A stretch of DNA of 64,000 nucleotides from Tahibacter harae (GTDB taxonomy: Bacteria; Pseudomonadota; Gammaproteobacteria; Xanthomonadales; Rhodanobacteraceae): assembly GCF_024437735.1 (NCBI RefSeq), contig NZ_JANFQO010000014.1, positions 1 through 64,000 on the forward strand. Direction: 5' to 3'. A program made the position numbers and the translations under genes. Each line of letters opens with the position of its first letter. Position 1 is the stretch's first letter. Below the pieces are notes generated by a model. That model made no database searches. It worked only from the letters and a program-made list of their open reading frames with translations, and was not told the origin of the DNA. Shown here one piece after another: positions 18,561 to 28,522 of this stretch.

Positions 18561-20765
18561 ATGAATTTCATGCAGACGGTGGTGGCCGGCCTTGCGCTCG
18601 CGCTGCTGCCCGCCGCCGGCCAGGCCAAGACCTGCCTGGTGCTGGGCGGCGGCGGCGCCCGCGGCGCAGCGCATATCGGCGTGCTCAAGGTGCTGGAGCG
18701 CGAGCGCATTCCGGTCGACTGCATCACCGGCACGTCCATGGGCGCCATCGCCGGCGGCCTGTATTCGGCCGGCTACGATGCGGACGCGGTCGAGGCCGTG
18801 CTCAAGGGCATAGACTGGAAGGACATGTTCCGCGACGACCCATCGCGCGAGGAACTGCCCATGCGGCGCAAGGAAGACGAACTGCGCTTCCTCGGCGGCA
18901 TAGAACTGGGCCTGAAGAACGGCAGCATCGCCCTGCCCCGCGGCATGATCCAGGGCCAGAAACTGCAGCTGCTGCTGCGCCGCCTGCTGCTGTCCACCCT
19001 GGAGCTGGACAATTTCGACCAGCTGCCGATTCCGTTCCGCCCGGTCGCCACGGATATTTCCAACGGCGAGAAAGTGGTGTTCAACGACGGCGACCTGGCC
19101 ATGGCCATACGCGCCTCCATGTCCGTGCCCGGCGCGTTCGCGCCGATCCGCTACCGCGGCCGGCTCATGGTGGACGGCGGCATTGTGGACAATGTTCCCA
19201 TCGACATCGCGCGCGAACTCGGCGGCACGCGCCTGATCGTGGTCAGCGTGGGCGAGCCGTTGCTGCCCGAGGAAAAGCTCAATTCGCCCTTCAGCATCGC
19301 CAACCAGATGCTGGGCACGCTGATGAAGCGCGAGACCGACCTGCAGATCGCGAGCCTGGACAAGTCCAGCGACGTGCTGCTGATACCGGAGATGGGCGAT
19401 ATCGGCAGCGCCGACTTCCACCGCTCCGCCGAAGCCGTCGCCGCCGGCCAGGCCGCCGCCGAGGCCGCGCTGCCGGCGCTGCGCCGCTACGCGGTCAGCG
19501 AGGCCGAGTACGCCGCCTTCCAGCAGCGCCATCACCGGCCCGAATTCGATCCGCCGCTGATCGCCTTCCTCGACGTGCTGCGCGGGCGCAGCCGCACCGC
19601 GGCCTACGTGGAGCAGCGCCTGTCCGGCAACGTAGGCAAGCCGCTGGACATAGACCAGCTGGAAAAGGACATAGGCCTGGCCTACGGCGACGGCAGCTAC
19701 GAACGCATCACCTACAACGTGGAGCAGCGCGACGGCCAGACCGGCCTCAGCGTGAACCCGGTGGACAAGGGCTGGGGCCCCAACTTCCTGCGCTTCGGCC
19801 TGCGCCTGTCCGACGACTTCGCCGGGCGCAACAGCTACCAGCTCATCGGCGAGGTCAACTTCACCGGCCTCAACGAGCGCGGCGGCGAATCGCGCAATCG
19901 CATCGAACTGGGCCGCATCACCGGCTTGCACAGCGAGTACTACCAGCCCTTCGGCGCGGCCGGCCAGTTCTATGTCGCACCGTACCTGGAATACCGCGCC
20001 TACAACTTCCCGCTCAGCACCGACGCCACCGCCAACAACGCCCTGGCCGAATTCCGCCGCAGCCGCGGCACCAGCGCGGTGGAGCTGGGCTATACGCCGA
20101 ATTCCGGCTGGCGCCTGTCCACCACGCTGGAGACCGGCTATGACGAGGTGCGCCGCCGCGTAGGCCCGCCCGAGCTGGGCCGCGGCGTCAGCCAGACCTA
20201 CGCCGGCCTGACCTTCCGTGCCACCCGCGACAGCCTCGACGATTCGGGTTTCCCCAGCCGCGGCACGCGCCTGGACCTGTCGCAGCAACTCCTGCTCAAC
20301 GGCGACGATTCCAGCCTTTCCGACGTGACCCGGCTGAGCTGGGACACGGCGTTCTCGCACGGCCCCAACCGCTGGCTGCTCGGCGCCCGCCTGCATTCGG
20401 CCGGCGGCAGCGACAACCTGCTGTCCACCTTCGGCAGCATAGGCGGACTGGCCAACCTGTCGGGCTTCACCGAGAACCAGATCCTGGCCAACCAGATCGC
20501 CCTGGGCCGGCTGGTCTACTACCGCCGCCTCACCGATGCGGAGAAGCTGGTGTCGGTGCCGGTCTACCTGGGCGCCAGCCTCGAAGCCGGCGGTGTCTGG
20601 GATTCGCGCGAAGCGATCAACCGCGAGGACCTGATCGGCGCCGGCAGCGTATTCCTCGGTATCGATACCTTCCTCGGCCCCATGTTCCTGGGCTTCGGCC
20701 ATGCGGAAGGCGGCAACAACTCGTTCTACCTGAGCTTCGGGCCGCTGCTGCGTTCCGATCCCTGA
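18561..20765 (+). CDS. Patatin-like phospholipase with C-terminal POTRA/Omp85-type beta-barrel (PlpD-like, type Vd autotransporter)
   Basis: GGGAAG RBS then ATG at 18561. Signal peptide. Oxyanion-hole motif GGGGARG, nucleophile GTSMG and catalytic Asp in DGG. At 734 aa it is the size of P. aeruginosa PlpD. The C-terminal half is beta-rich (Bac_surface_Ag-like). Confidence 0.85.
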   Translation: MNFMQTVVAGLALALLPAAGQAKTCLVLGGGGARGAAHIGVLKVLERERIPVDCITGTSMGAIAGGLYSAGYDADAVEAVLKGIDWKDMFRDDPSREELPMRRKEDELRFLGGIELGLKNGSIALPRGMIQGQKLQLLLRRLLLSTLELDNFDQLPIPFRPVATDISNGEKVVFNDGDLAMAIRASMSVPGAFAPIRYRGRLMVDGGIVDNVPIDIARELGGTRLIVVSVGEPLLPEEKLNSPFSIANQMLGTLMKRETDLQIASLDKSSDVLLIPEMGDIGSADFHRSAEAVAAGQAAAEAALPALRRYAVSEAEYAAFQQRHHRPEFDPPLIAFLDVLRGRSRTAAYVEQRLSGNVGKPLDIDQLEKDIGLAYGDGSYERITYNVEQRDGQTGLSVNPVDKGWGPNFLRFGLRLSDDFAGRNSYQLIGEVNFTGLNERGGESRNRIELGRITGLHSEYYQPFGAAGQFYVAPYLEYRAYNFPLSTDATANNALAEFRRSRGTSAVELGYTPNSGWRLSTTLETGYDEVRRRVGPPELGRGVSQTYAGLTFRATRDSLDDSGFPSRGTRLDLSQQLLLNGDDSSLSDVTRLSWDTAFSHGPNRWLLGARLHSAGGSDNLLSTFGSIGGLANLSGFTENQILANQIALGRLVYYRRLTDAEKLVSVPVYLGASLEAGGVWDSREAINREDLIGAGSVFLGIDTFLGPMFLGFGHAEGGNNSFYLSFGPLLRSDP

Positions 20766-21112
20766 AGCCGCGCGCCGCCGCGGCATTGTTCCCGCGGCGG
20801 CGGCTGCGCCCGCACCAGCCCGCCAGGCGCAGGCGCTGTCCGCGGGCTGCGCGCGGCGGCGGCAAAGCGCAGGTTCCGTCCGCGCCGCCATGCGCTGCCG
20901 CGCGGAAGAGGGCGCCGCAACATGACGCCGCGTGCCAGCGCGCAACCAGGCCGCGCCGGGAGCTGTCGCGCCGCAGCAATTTCCCGTTCGTACGATTGAA
21001 TCGGCCGGCGCGGCCGTACTACCCTCCCGCCGATGACTGCGCCGCACCGCCCGCCCGGCGAGGCGGCCGCCGCGCGGTCCGCCCTCGCCGTTCCGCTCGA
21101 AAAGGACGCACC

Positions 21113-22471
21113 GTGAAAAAGGTATACGAATCGGCTTCGGCCGCGCTGGAAGGCCTGCTCTTCGACGACATGACCCTGGCCGCCGGCGGCTTCGGTCTCT
21201 GCGGCATCCCGGAGAACCTGATCCAGGCGCTCAAGGATGCCGGCACCAAGGGCCTGACCATCGTCGGCAACAACGCCGGCGTGGACGATTTCGGCATGGG
21301 CCCGCTGCTCAAGACGCGCCAGGTCAAGAAAGTGATCGCGTCCTACGTCGGCGAGAACAAGGAATTCGAGCGCCAGGTGCTGGCCGGCGAGCTGGAACTG
21401 GAACTCACCCCGCAGGGCACGCTCGCCGAGCGCCTGCGCGCCGGCGGCGCCGGCATCCCCGGCTTCTATACCCGCACCGCCTTCGGCACCAAGCTGGCCG
21501 AGAAGCGCGAGACCAAGGAATTCGACGGCAAGGAATACGTGCTGGAACCTGCCATCACCGCCGATGTCGCCATCGTCAAGGCGTGGAAGGGCGACAAGTT
21601 CGGCAACCTGGTCTATCGCAAGACCGCGCGCAACTTCAATCCGATGATCGCCACCTGCGGCAAGATCACCGTGGCCGAGGTGGAGGAACTGGTCGAAACC
21701 GGCGAGCTGGATCCGGACCAGATCCACACGCCCGGCATCTACATCGACCGCATCGTTCAGGGCAAAAACTACGAGAAGCGCATCGAGTTCCGCACCGTCA
21801 CCGGCGGCGCACCCTCGGGCAAGGAGAACCCGGTGCGCGACATGATGGCGCGCCGTGCCGCCAAGGAACTGCGCGACGGCTATTGCGTCAACCTCGGCAT
21901 AGGCATCCCCACCCTGGTCGCTAATCACATTCCGGCCGGCGTCAATGTGACGCTGCAGTCGGAGAACGGCCTGCTCGGCATAGGCCCGTTCCCGACCGAG
22001 GACCAGGTCGACGCGGATCTCATCAACGCCGGCAAGCAGACCATCACCGCGATCCCGGGTTCGAGCTTCTTCTCCAGCGCCGATTCGTTCGCCATGATCC
22101 GCGGCGGCCATATCGATCTCTCCATCCTCGGCGGCCTGGAAGTGTCGGAGAACGGCGATCTCGCCAACTGGATGGTGCCCGGCAAGATGGTCAAGGGCCC
22201 GGGCGGCGCGATGGACCTGGTCTCCGGCGTCAAGCGCGTCGTGGTACTGATGGAACACACGGCCAAGGACGGATCGCCCAAGATCCTGCCCGAATGCGCC
22301 CTGCCGCTGACCGGCAAGAACGTGGTCGATCTCATCATCACCGAGCTGTGCGTGTTCGAGGTCAAGGACGGCGGCGGCCTGCGCCTGATCGAGCTGCATG
22401 AAGGCGTGAGCCTGGAAGACGTGAAAGCGAAGACGGGCTGCACGTTCGAGATTGCGGAAGGTCTGGGCTGA
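21113..22471 (+). CDS. Succinyl-CoA:3-ketoacid CoA transferase, fused A+B subunits (SCOT/AtoDA-like)
   Basis: GTG start at 21113 after an AAAGGA RBS. N-terminal ScoA motifs ([36 protein letters not shown]). The C-terminal half is ScoB-like and carries the catalytic-Glu region (...[10 protein letters not shown]...). A single 452-aa polypeptide. Confidence 0.85.
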   Translation: MKKVYESASAALEGLLFDDMTLAAGGFGLCGIPENLIQALKDAGTKGLTIVGNNAGVDDFGMGPLLKTRQVKKVIASYVGENKEFERQVLAGELELELTPQGTLAERLRAGGAGIPGFYTRTAFGTKLAEKRETKEFDGKEYVLEPAITADVAIVKAWKGDKFGNLVYRKTARNFNPMIATCGKITVAEVEELVETGELDPDQIHTPGIYIDRIVQGKNYEKRIEFRTVTGGAPSGKENPVRDMMARRAAKELRDGYCVNLGIGIPTLVANHIPAGVNVTLQSENGLLGIGPFPTEDQVDADLINAGKQTITAIPGSSFFSSADSFAMIRGGHIDLSILGGLEVSENGDLANWMVPGKMVKGPGGAMDLVSGVKRVVVLMEHTAKDGSPKILPECALPLTGKNVVDLIITELCVFEVKDGGGLRLIELHEGVSLEDVKAKTGCTFEIAEGLG

Positions 22472-22476
22472 ATACC

Positions 22477-22510
22477 GCGGCGGCGCGTGCAAGGCGCGCC
22501 GCCGTTTCTC
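22477..22510 (+). terminator. Rho-independent terminator after the CoA-transferase gene
   Basis: CGCGGCGGCGCG tgcaag GCGCGCCGCCG followed by TTTCTC. Confidence 0.5.
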
Positions 22511-22756
22511 GCATACACGCAGGACACGCGCCGGCTTTCGCCGCCGGGCGGGCAGGTTTTGCCTGAATTCACGCTGCGCACAGGTTGCCGCCGCTGCGCT
22601 GCACCCGCGCAGCAGCGCACACGTCCCCGGCCATACCGCATTGCGCAAGCACGGAAGCCGCTGCGGCCGTTGCCGCCGTAATCGAACTCCACGCCGCCGT
22701 TCGCGCGCAGCGCGGCATCGTGCCGCCTGCCTGATCCACCGCAGCTGGAGTCAGCC

Positions 22757-23248
22757 ATGCCCCATGACCAGATAGCAAAACCGGCCGCGGGCCGGTACTT
22801 CCCGTTCAGCGCCGGCGAACTCGCCCGCCAAGCGGCCGGTTTTTCCACGCATGCCTACAGCCCGGCGCCGCCGCGCATCGACCTGCAGCTCAAGAACTGC
22901 ACCGTCGAATGCCGCCACGGCCATCAGCTCTGCACCTTCCTGCGCCGCAGCTATCTCGCGGCATTTTCGCTGCCGGAAACCGTGCCGGCCGGCCTCGCAC
23001 GCCAGGCCGTGGAAGCCGCGCTGCAGCACTTCGCGACCATCGACAGCGGCCCGTATCCCGCGCTGCGGCAGCAGCAGCGCGTGGCCTATCGCGCCTTCCT
23101 CGGCCCGGTGGGAAAACTCTGCGTGACGGAACACCGCTTCAATGCGCAGGACATCCCCTGGCTCAGCACCGACCGCGTGGTGATGCTCTCGGCACGCCAG
23201 CGCGAATGCAGGGACCAGCGCGTGCTGTTGCAGCTCCAGCTCTGCTGA
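22757..23248 (+). CDS. Hypothetical 163-aa protein immediately upstream of the STM4015-4011-like cluster
   Basis: ATG at 22757 with a GGAG 8 nt upstream. Several Cys and His residues (CTVECRHGHQLC). Same strand as the cluster, 92 bp upstream of it. No family recognised. Confidence 0.4.
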   Translation: MPHDQIAKPAAGRYFPFSAGELARQAAGFSTHAYSPAPPRIDLQLKNCTVECRHGHQLCTFLRRSYLAAFSLPETVPAGLARQAVEAALQHFATIDSGPYPALRQQQRVAYRAFLGPVGKLCVTEHRFNAQDIPWLSTDRVVMLSARQRECRDQRVLLQLQLC

Positions 23249-23339
23249 ACCCGCTGAACGGACCGGCGGGCGCGGCGCTGACTGCGCCCGCCCGCCACCC
23301 GCTACACTCGCCCAACGCCTCTACAGGACCGGAGCCCCA

Positions 23340-24251
23340 ATGACCGTCGGCAGTTACCTGGATACCTTCTTCGGCAAGCCCGTGCACAACTACAGCTACG
23401 GCGACCGCGTCAGCCGGCACGACGTGGTCTACCGTCTGTGCCAGGAATACGAGGCCGAGGAGACCCAGGTACAGTTGCTGGACGAGTTCCTGGGCCAGGT
23501 GACGCCGGCGACCTTGCAGGCGCTGGTGGTGGGCTCCTGGTCCGAGGCCTACGAAACCGGCCCGCAGAAACTGCTCGACCGCCTGGTCGAACGCCATCAG
23601 GAACTGCCCGAATTCAAGGCGCTGTTCGTCGGCGACATGACTTCCGAGGACTGCGAGATTTCCTGGATCCACCAGGGCGACTACGAAGACCTGCTGCAGA
23701 AATTCCGCACCCTGGAAGTGCTGCGCCTGCGCGGCAGCGAAAACCTGGAACTGCCGGCCTTCGAGCACCACGGCCTGCGCGAACTGGCGATCGAGTGCGG
23801 CGGACTGCCCACGGCCCTGGTGCGCAATCTGCAGCGTTCGATACTGCCGGCGCTGCGTCATCTGGAGCTGTGGCTGGGCGACGACAACTACGGCTTCGAC
23901 GGCAAGCTGGACGACTACGCCCAGCTGCTGGAGAAGATACGCCCCGAGCGCCTGCGCTACCTGGGCCTGCGCAACGCGCAGATCAGCGACGAGCTGGCCA
24001 TCCACATCGCGCGCCAGCCCTGGCTGAGCAGCCTGCATACGCTGGACCTGTCCATGGGCACGATAGGCGACAAGGGCGCACGGGCGCTGATCGACAGCCC
24101 CTATATCGCCGGCCTCAAGGTGCTGGACCTGCAGCACCACTACATCTCCGACGAACTCGTGGCCGCGCTGCGCAAGCTGCCGCTGCAGCTGCGCATCGAC
24201 AAGGCGCAGGAAGAAGATGACGGCGACCGCTACGTCGAAGTCGCCGAGTGA
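23340..24251 (+). CDS. Leucine-rich-repeat (RNI-like) protein; recalled as STM4015 family
   Basis: GGAG then ATG at 23340. The C-terminal half has ribonuclease-inhibitor-type LRRs (LRYLGLRNAQISDELAIHIARQPWLSSLHTLDLSMGTIGDKGARALIDSPYIAGLKVLDLQHHYISDELVAAL). Confidence 0.7.
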   Translation: MTVGSYLDTFFGKPVHNYSYGDRVSRHDVVYRLCQEYEAEETQVQLLDEFLGQVTPATLQALVVGSWSEAYETGPQKLLDRLVERHQELPEFKALFVGDMTSEDCEISWIHQGDYEDLLQKFRTLEVLRLRGSENLELPAFEHHGLRELAIECGGLPTALVRNLQRSILPALRHLELWLGDDNYGFDGKLDDYAQLLEKIRPERLRYLGLRNAQISDELAIHIARQPWLSSLHTLDLSMGTIGDKGARALIDSPYIAGLKVLDLQHHYISDELVAALRKLPLQLRIDKAQEEDDGDRYVEVAE

Positions 24252-25350
24252 GATCCTGCTGCTGGGCCATGCCGCGTCGCGGCGGACCCGGCTGCTGCAG
24301 CAGGCCTGCGCAAGGCGCGGACTGGGCGTGGACGTACTGGGCTGGAACGCATTCATTGCCGCGCCGCAACGGCTGGCGCAACAGCTGCACGAGCGGCGGT
24401 ACCGCTGGCTCAAGATCGACTCGCCGGGCGAGGACGCCGATTGCGCCCTCGCCCTGCGCCGCCTCGGCTGGCGGTTGGACGGCGCGGCCGGTGCGCCGCC
24501 GCTGCCGCTGCTGCACGGCGAACAGGCCGCGCAGCCGCAGTGGTACGCCGGCCTGAATGCCCTGCTGGACGAAGTCGACGCCGCGCTGCGCGCCGTCGCG
24601 GCGCCGCCGCGGCTGCTCAACGGCACGGCCGGGATACGCCGCATGGTGGATAAATTTTACTGTCAACAAATCCTATCAGCCCACGCGACCGTGCCGCGGC
24701 AACTCGGCCTGGTGCAGTCGCTGCAGCAGTTCGAGGCGGACTGGCCCGCGCGCGACTGCCCGCGCGTGTTCATCAAGCCGCGATACGGCTCTTCCGCCGC
24801 CGGCGTGATCGCGCTGCAGCGCCATACGGACGGCCGCCTCAGCGCCATCAGCCCGGCCCGCCTCGATGCCCGCGGCCGCCTGTTCAACCATCTGCGCCTG
24901 CGGCGCTATACGGCACGCGCGGAAGTCGGCGCACTGGTCGATGCCGTCGCCGGCCAGGGTGCGTATGCGGAGTGCTGGGTGCACAAGCCGCGGGCACCGG
25001 CGCCGCATCAAGGTCACTACGACCTGCGCGTGGTCGCCCATGCCGGCCGGGCGCGGCAGCGCGTCGCGCGCCTGGCGAGCGGTCCTCTGACCAATCTGCA
25101 CCTGGGCAATGCGCGTGCCCTGCCCGACTGGCTGGACAGCGCAACGACGGCTGCGCTGGAGCAGCAGGTCGCCGCCGCGGCCGCGGCATTCGCCGACTGC
25201 CACAGCATAGGCTTCGACCTGATCGCCGGCCGCCGCGGCATCCACGTGCTCGAAGCCAACTGCTTCGGCGACCTGCTGCCCGGATTGAGCCACGCCGGAC
25301 AGGAAACCTATGACGACCAGGCCGAACTGATGCGCCGCGATGTCCACTGA
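24217..25350 (+). CDS. ATP-grasp family protein; recalled as STM4014 family
   Basis: AGGAAGAAG RBS then ATG at 24217, overlapping the upstream gene by 35 nt. ATP-grasp hallmarks (VFIKPRYGSSAAGVIAL, HVLEANCFGDLLPG). Confidence 0.7.
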   Translation: MTATATSKSPSEILLLGHAASRRTRLLQQACARRGLGVDVLGWNAFIAAPQRLAQQLHERRYRWLKIDSPGEDADCALALRRLGWRLDGAAGAPPLPLLHGEQAAQPQWYAGLNALLDEVDAALRAVAAPPRLLNGTAGIRRMVDKFYCQQILSAHATVPRQLGLVQSLQQFEADWPARDCPRVFIKPRYGSSAAGVIALQRHTDGRLSAISPARLDARGRLFNHLRLRRYTARAEVGALVDAVAGQGAYAECWVHKPRAPAPHQGHYDLRVVAHAGRARQRVARLASGPLTNLHLGNARALPDWLDSATTAALEQQVAAAAAAFADCHSIGFDLIAGRRGIHVLEANCFGDLLPGLSHAGQETYDDQAELMRRDVH

Positions 25351-26164
25351 AATTCCCGACATGAACACCTTCGCCGGCAGCCACGACCTGGTGCTGGTCA
25401 CCCTGGACACCTTGCGCTACGACGTGGCCCAGGCGCAGTGGCGCGCCGGCGCGCTGCCGCATCTGGCGCAGTACATGGGTGAAGACGGCTGGGAGCTGCG
25501 CCACACGCCGGCCAGCTTCACCTATGCCGCGCATTGCGCCTTCTTCGCCGGCTTCCTGCCCACGCCGGCGACGCCCGGCCCGCATCCGCGCCTGTTCTGC
25601 CTGCGCTTTCCCGGCAGCGAGACCACGCACGCGCACAGTCTCGTCTTCGACGCAGCGGACAACATCGTGCAGGGCTTGGCCCAGCGCGGCTATCACACGC
25701 TGTGCCTGGGCGGCGTCGGCTTCTTCAATCCGCACACGCCGCTGGGCCGGCAACTGCCCGGCCTGTTCGCCGAAAGCCACTGGCGGCCGGAGTTCGGCGT
25801 CACCGCGCCCGACTGCACCGAGCACCAGGTCGCCCTGGCCTGCGCGCGCCTGGCTGCGCCGGAGCTGAGCCAGCGCCGGGTGTTTCTTTTCATCAACGTG
25901 GCGGCGCTGCACCAGCCCAACCGGCATTACCTCGACGGCGCGAGCGAGGACAGTCTGGACAGCCACGCCGCGGCGCTGCGCCATGTCGATGCCGCGTTGG
26001 CGCCGTTGTGGAAAATGCTGGAACAGCGCGGCCCGGCCTTCGTCATCGTCTGCTCCGACCACGGCACGGCCTACGGCGAGGACGGCTGGCACGGCCACCG
26101 CCACGCCCATCCCAGCGTGATGCAGGTGCCCTATACCCAGTTCCGGATCGGCGCACATGACTGA
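25340..26164 (+). CDS. Alkaline-phosphatase-superfamily (sulfatase/phosphoesterase-like) hydrolase; recalled as STM4013/SEN3800 family
   Basis: ATG at 25340 overlapping the upstream stop by 11 nt. N-terminal metal-binding motif LVLVTLDTLRYD. A later VIVCSDHGTAYGEDGWHGHRH motif is typical of AP-superfamily metal ligands. Confidence 0.7.
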   Translation: MSTEIPDMNTFAGSHDLVLVTLDTLRYDVAQAQWRAGALPHLAQYMGEDGWELRHTPASFTYAAHCAFFAGFLPTPATPGPHPRLFCLRFPGSETTHAHSLVFDAADNIVQGLAQRGYHTLCLGGVGFFNPHTPLGRQLPGLFAESHWRPEFGVTAPDCTEHQVALACARLAAPELSQRRVFLFINVAALHQPNRHYLDGASEDSLDSHAAALRHVDAALAPLWKMLEQRGPAFVIVCSDHGTAYGEDGWHGHRHAHPSVMQVPYTQFRIGAHD

Positions 26165-27488
26165 CCTGCCCGCCCGCCTGCGCGCCGCGCCCTACCAGGC
26201 CTACAGCTACTCCTATCCGCACAAGTCGGCCTATCGCGAGCTGGCCCAGCCGGTGGATCTCGCCCGACTATGGCAGCAGGAAGACCGCAGCGCGTTGTTC
26301 GGCTACATCCACATTCCCTTCTGCACCTACCGCTGCGGCTTCTGCAATCTGTTCGCGCTGGGGCAGCCGGGTGCCGGCCTCGTCAACGGCTACCTCAACC
26401 AGTTGCTGCGCCAGCTGCGCGTGGTCGGCGCACTGCTGGGCGAGCGCCGCTTCGCGCGCTTCGCCATCGGCGGCGGCACGCCCACCTATCTGGACGCGGA
26501 TCAGCTGGCCCGCCTGTTCGAGGCCGTGCAGACCCATCTGGTGCCCGAGCTGGTGCAGATTCCCAGCGGCATCGAGGTCAGCCCCGAAACCGCCACGCGC
26601 GAGCGCCTGCAGCACTGCCGCGCCGCCGGCGTGGATCGCGTGAGCATGGGCGTGCAGAGCTTCGTCGATGCGGAACTCGGCGCCCTGGTGCGGCCGGCGC
26701 AGACAACTGCCGTACTGCAAGCCGTCGATACCGTGCGCACCCTGGATTTCCCTACGCTGAACCTGGATCTGATCTACGGCATACCCGGCCAGACCCCGGG
26801 CAGCTTCGCCGCCTCGCTGCAAACCCTGCTCGCACTGCAGCCGGAAGAAATCTACCTGTACCCGCTGTACGTGCGCGAACGCACCGGCCTCGGGCGCATG
26901 CAGCGCAAACTGTCCGCAAACGCGGACGATCCGCGCCGCGCCCTGTACGAACTCGGCCGCGACACCCTGTGCGCCGCGGGCTATGTCCAGGTCTCCATGC
27001 GCCTGTTCCGCGCCGCGCATGCGCCGGAAAGCGGCGGCCCGGCGTATTGCTGCCAGGACGACGGCATGATCGGCCTGGGCTGCGGCGCACGCTCGTATAC
27101 GCGCGGCCTGCACTACTCGGATCACTACGCGGTCGAGCGCGCCGGCGTCAGCGCCATCCTGCGCGACTACATCGCCCAGCCGGAAGAAGCCTTCGCCAGC
27201 GCGCGCTACGGCTTCGTACTGGATGCGCAAGAACAGCGCCGGCGCTATCTGATCCAATCCCTGCTGACCTGGCCCGGCCTGGATACCGCGGCTTTCGCCG
27301 CGCGTTTCGGCTGCGCCGCGCGCGACTGCTTCGGCGAACTCGACGAACTGCTGCAGGCCGGCCTGGCCGAAACCCGCGGCGAATTGATCGCGTTGACCGC
27401 ACTGGGCATGGCCCATGCCGACGCCATAGGCCCCTGGCTCAATTCCAGCGCCGTACGGGCGCGCCTGGACGGCCATGCGGCGGCTTGA
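26157..27488 (+). CDS. Radical SAM protein, HemN/HemW-like (coproporphyrinogen-oxidase / class C methyltransferase fold); recalled as STM4012 family
   Basis: ATG at 26157 with an 8-nt overlap. CxxxCxxC cluster motif CTYRCGFC preceded by YIHIPF, a GGGTP SAM-binding motif and a HemN_C-like C-terminal domain. Confidence 0.85.
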   Translation: MTDLPARLRAAPYQAYSYSYPHKSAYRELAQPVDLARLWQQEDRSALFGYIHIPFCTYRCGFCNLFALGQPGAGLVNGYLNQLLRQLRVVGALLGERRFARFAIGGGTPTYLDADQLARLFEAVQTHLVPELVQIPSGIEVSPETATRERLQHCRAAGVDRVSMGVQSFVDAELGALVRPAQTTAVLQAVDTVRTLDFPTLNLDLIYGIPGQTPGSFAASLQTLLALQPEEIYLYPLYVRERTGLGRMQRKLSANADDPRRALYELGRDTLCAAGYVQVSMRLFRAAHAPESGGPAYCCQDDGMIGLGCGARSYTRGLHYSDHYAVERAGVSAILRDYIAQPEEAFASARYGFVLDAQEQRRRYLIQSLLTWPGLDTAAFAARFGCAARDCFGELDELLQAGLAETRGELIALTALGMAHADAIGPWLNSSAVRARLDGHAAA

Positions 27489-28365
27489 GTCCGATACGCT
27501 GCGCCTGCTCTACCGCGGCCGCCTGGCCAGCTGCAACTACGACTGCGGCTATTGCCCCTTCGCCAAGCGCCGCGACAGCCGCGCGCACTTGCAGCAGGAT
27601 GCGGCGGAACTGCAGCGCTTCGTGGACTGGTGCCTGCAGGCGCCGGAAACCCTCGCCCTGCTGTTCACGCCCTGGGGCGAGGCGCTGGTGCGGCGCCACT
27701 ACATGCAGGCGCTGGTCACGCTCAGCCATGCGCGCAACGTGCGCCGCGTCGCGATCCAGACCAATCTCAGCGGCAACCTGCATTGGCTGGAAAGGGCGAA
27801 TCCCGCGACGCTGGCGCTGTGGTGCACCTTCCATCCCTCGCAGACGACGCAGGCCGCCTTCCTGCAGCGGCTGCGGCGCCTGCGCGGCTACGGCATACGC
27901 CACAGCGTGGGCACGGTGGGCCGGCGCGAAGACATCGCCGCCATCGCCGCGCTGCGCCGCGCCCTGCCCGACGGTGTATACCTGTGGATCAATGCCTTCG
28001 ATCCGCGCCCCGACGATTACTACAGCGCCGCGCAGGTCCGCGAACTCAGCGCCATAGACCCGCATTTCGCCTACAGCCTGCAACCCCGCCCCAGCCTGGG
28101 CGCCGACTGCCGCGCCGGCGACAGCGCATTGTCGGTGGACGGCTACGGCGACGTACGCCCCTGCCATTTCATCGCCGCGCCGCTGGGCAATCTCTACGAC
28201 GGCAGTTTCCGCGCCCGCCGCGCCGCGCGGCCCTGCCCCAATCCACGCTGCGACTGCTATATCGGCTACATGCATCGGCGCGACATAGGCCACGAGCGCC
28301 AGTTCGACCAGGGCGTACTGGAACGGGTGATGGACGGCTGGCCGGCGCCGCACGACGCCGGCTAG
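27475..28365 (+). CDS. Radical SAM protein (second, small); recalled as STM4011 family
   Basis: ATG at 27475 with a 14-nt overlap. N-terminal CNYDCGYC (CxxxCxxC). Extra C-terminal Cys cluster CPNPRCDCYIGY, possibly an auxiliary cluster. Confidence 0.8.
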   Translation: MRRLESDTLRLLYRGRLASCNYDCGYCPFAKRRDSRAHLQQDAAELQRFVDWCLQAPETLALLFTPWGEALVRRHYMQALVTLSHARNVRRVAIQTNLSGNLHWLERANPATLALWCTFHPSQTTQAAFLQRLRRLRGYGIRHSVGTVGRREDIAAIAALRRALPDGVYLWINAFDPRPDDYYSAAQVRELSAIDPHFAYSLQPRPSLGADCRAGDSALSVDGYGDVRPCHFIAAPLGNLYDGSFRARRAARPCPNPRCDCYIGYMHRRDIGHERQFDQGVLERVMDGWPAPHDAG

Positions 28366-28522
28366 GTCGCGCGGACGGCATTCCGGCATCCGTCGCCGCT
28401 GCGCGCCGTTCGCGCCCGCCGATCCGCGGCCGGTCGCAGCACCGGCGGCGGCGGCACCGGCGCGTTCTACACTGCGCCGGACGCGGCCTCGCACCGCACC
28501 GGATCGCTGCTATCGTCGCCGC

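Noticed and set aside
26270-28057. 595-aa plus-strand ORF overlapping both radical SAM genes in another frame
   Set aside because: Arg/Ala/Pro-rich. The radical SAM frames carry CxxxCxxC motifs and proper starts.
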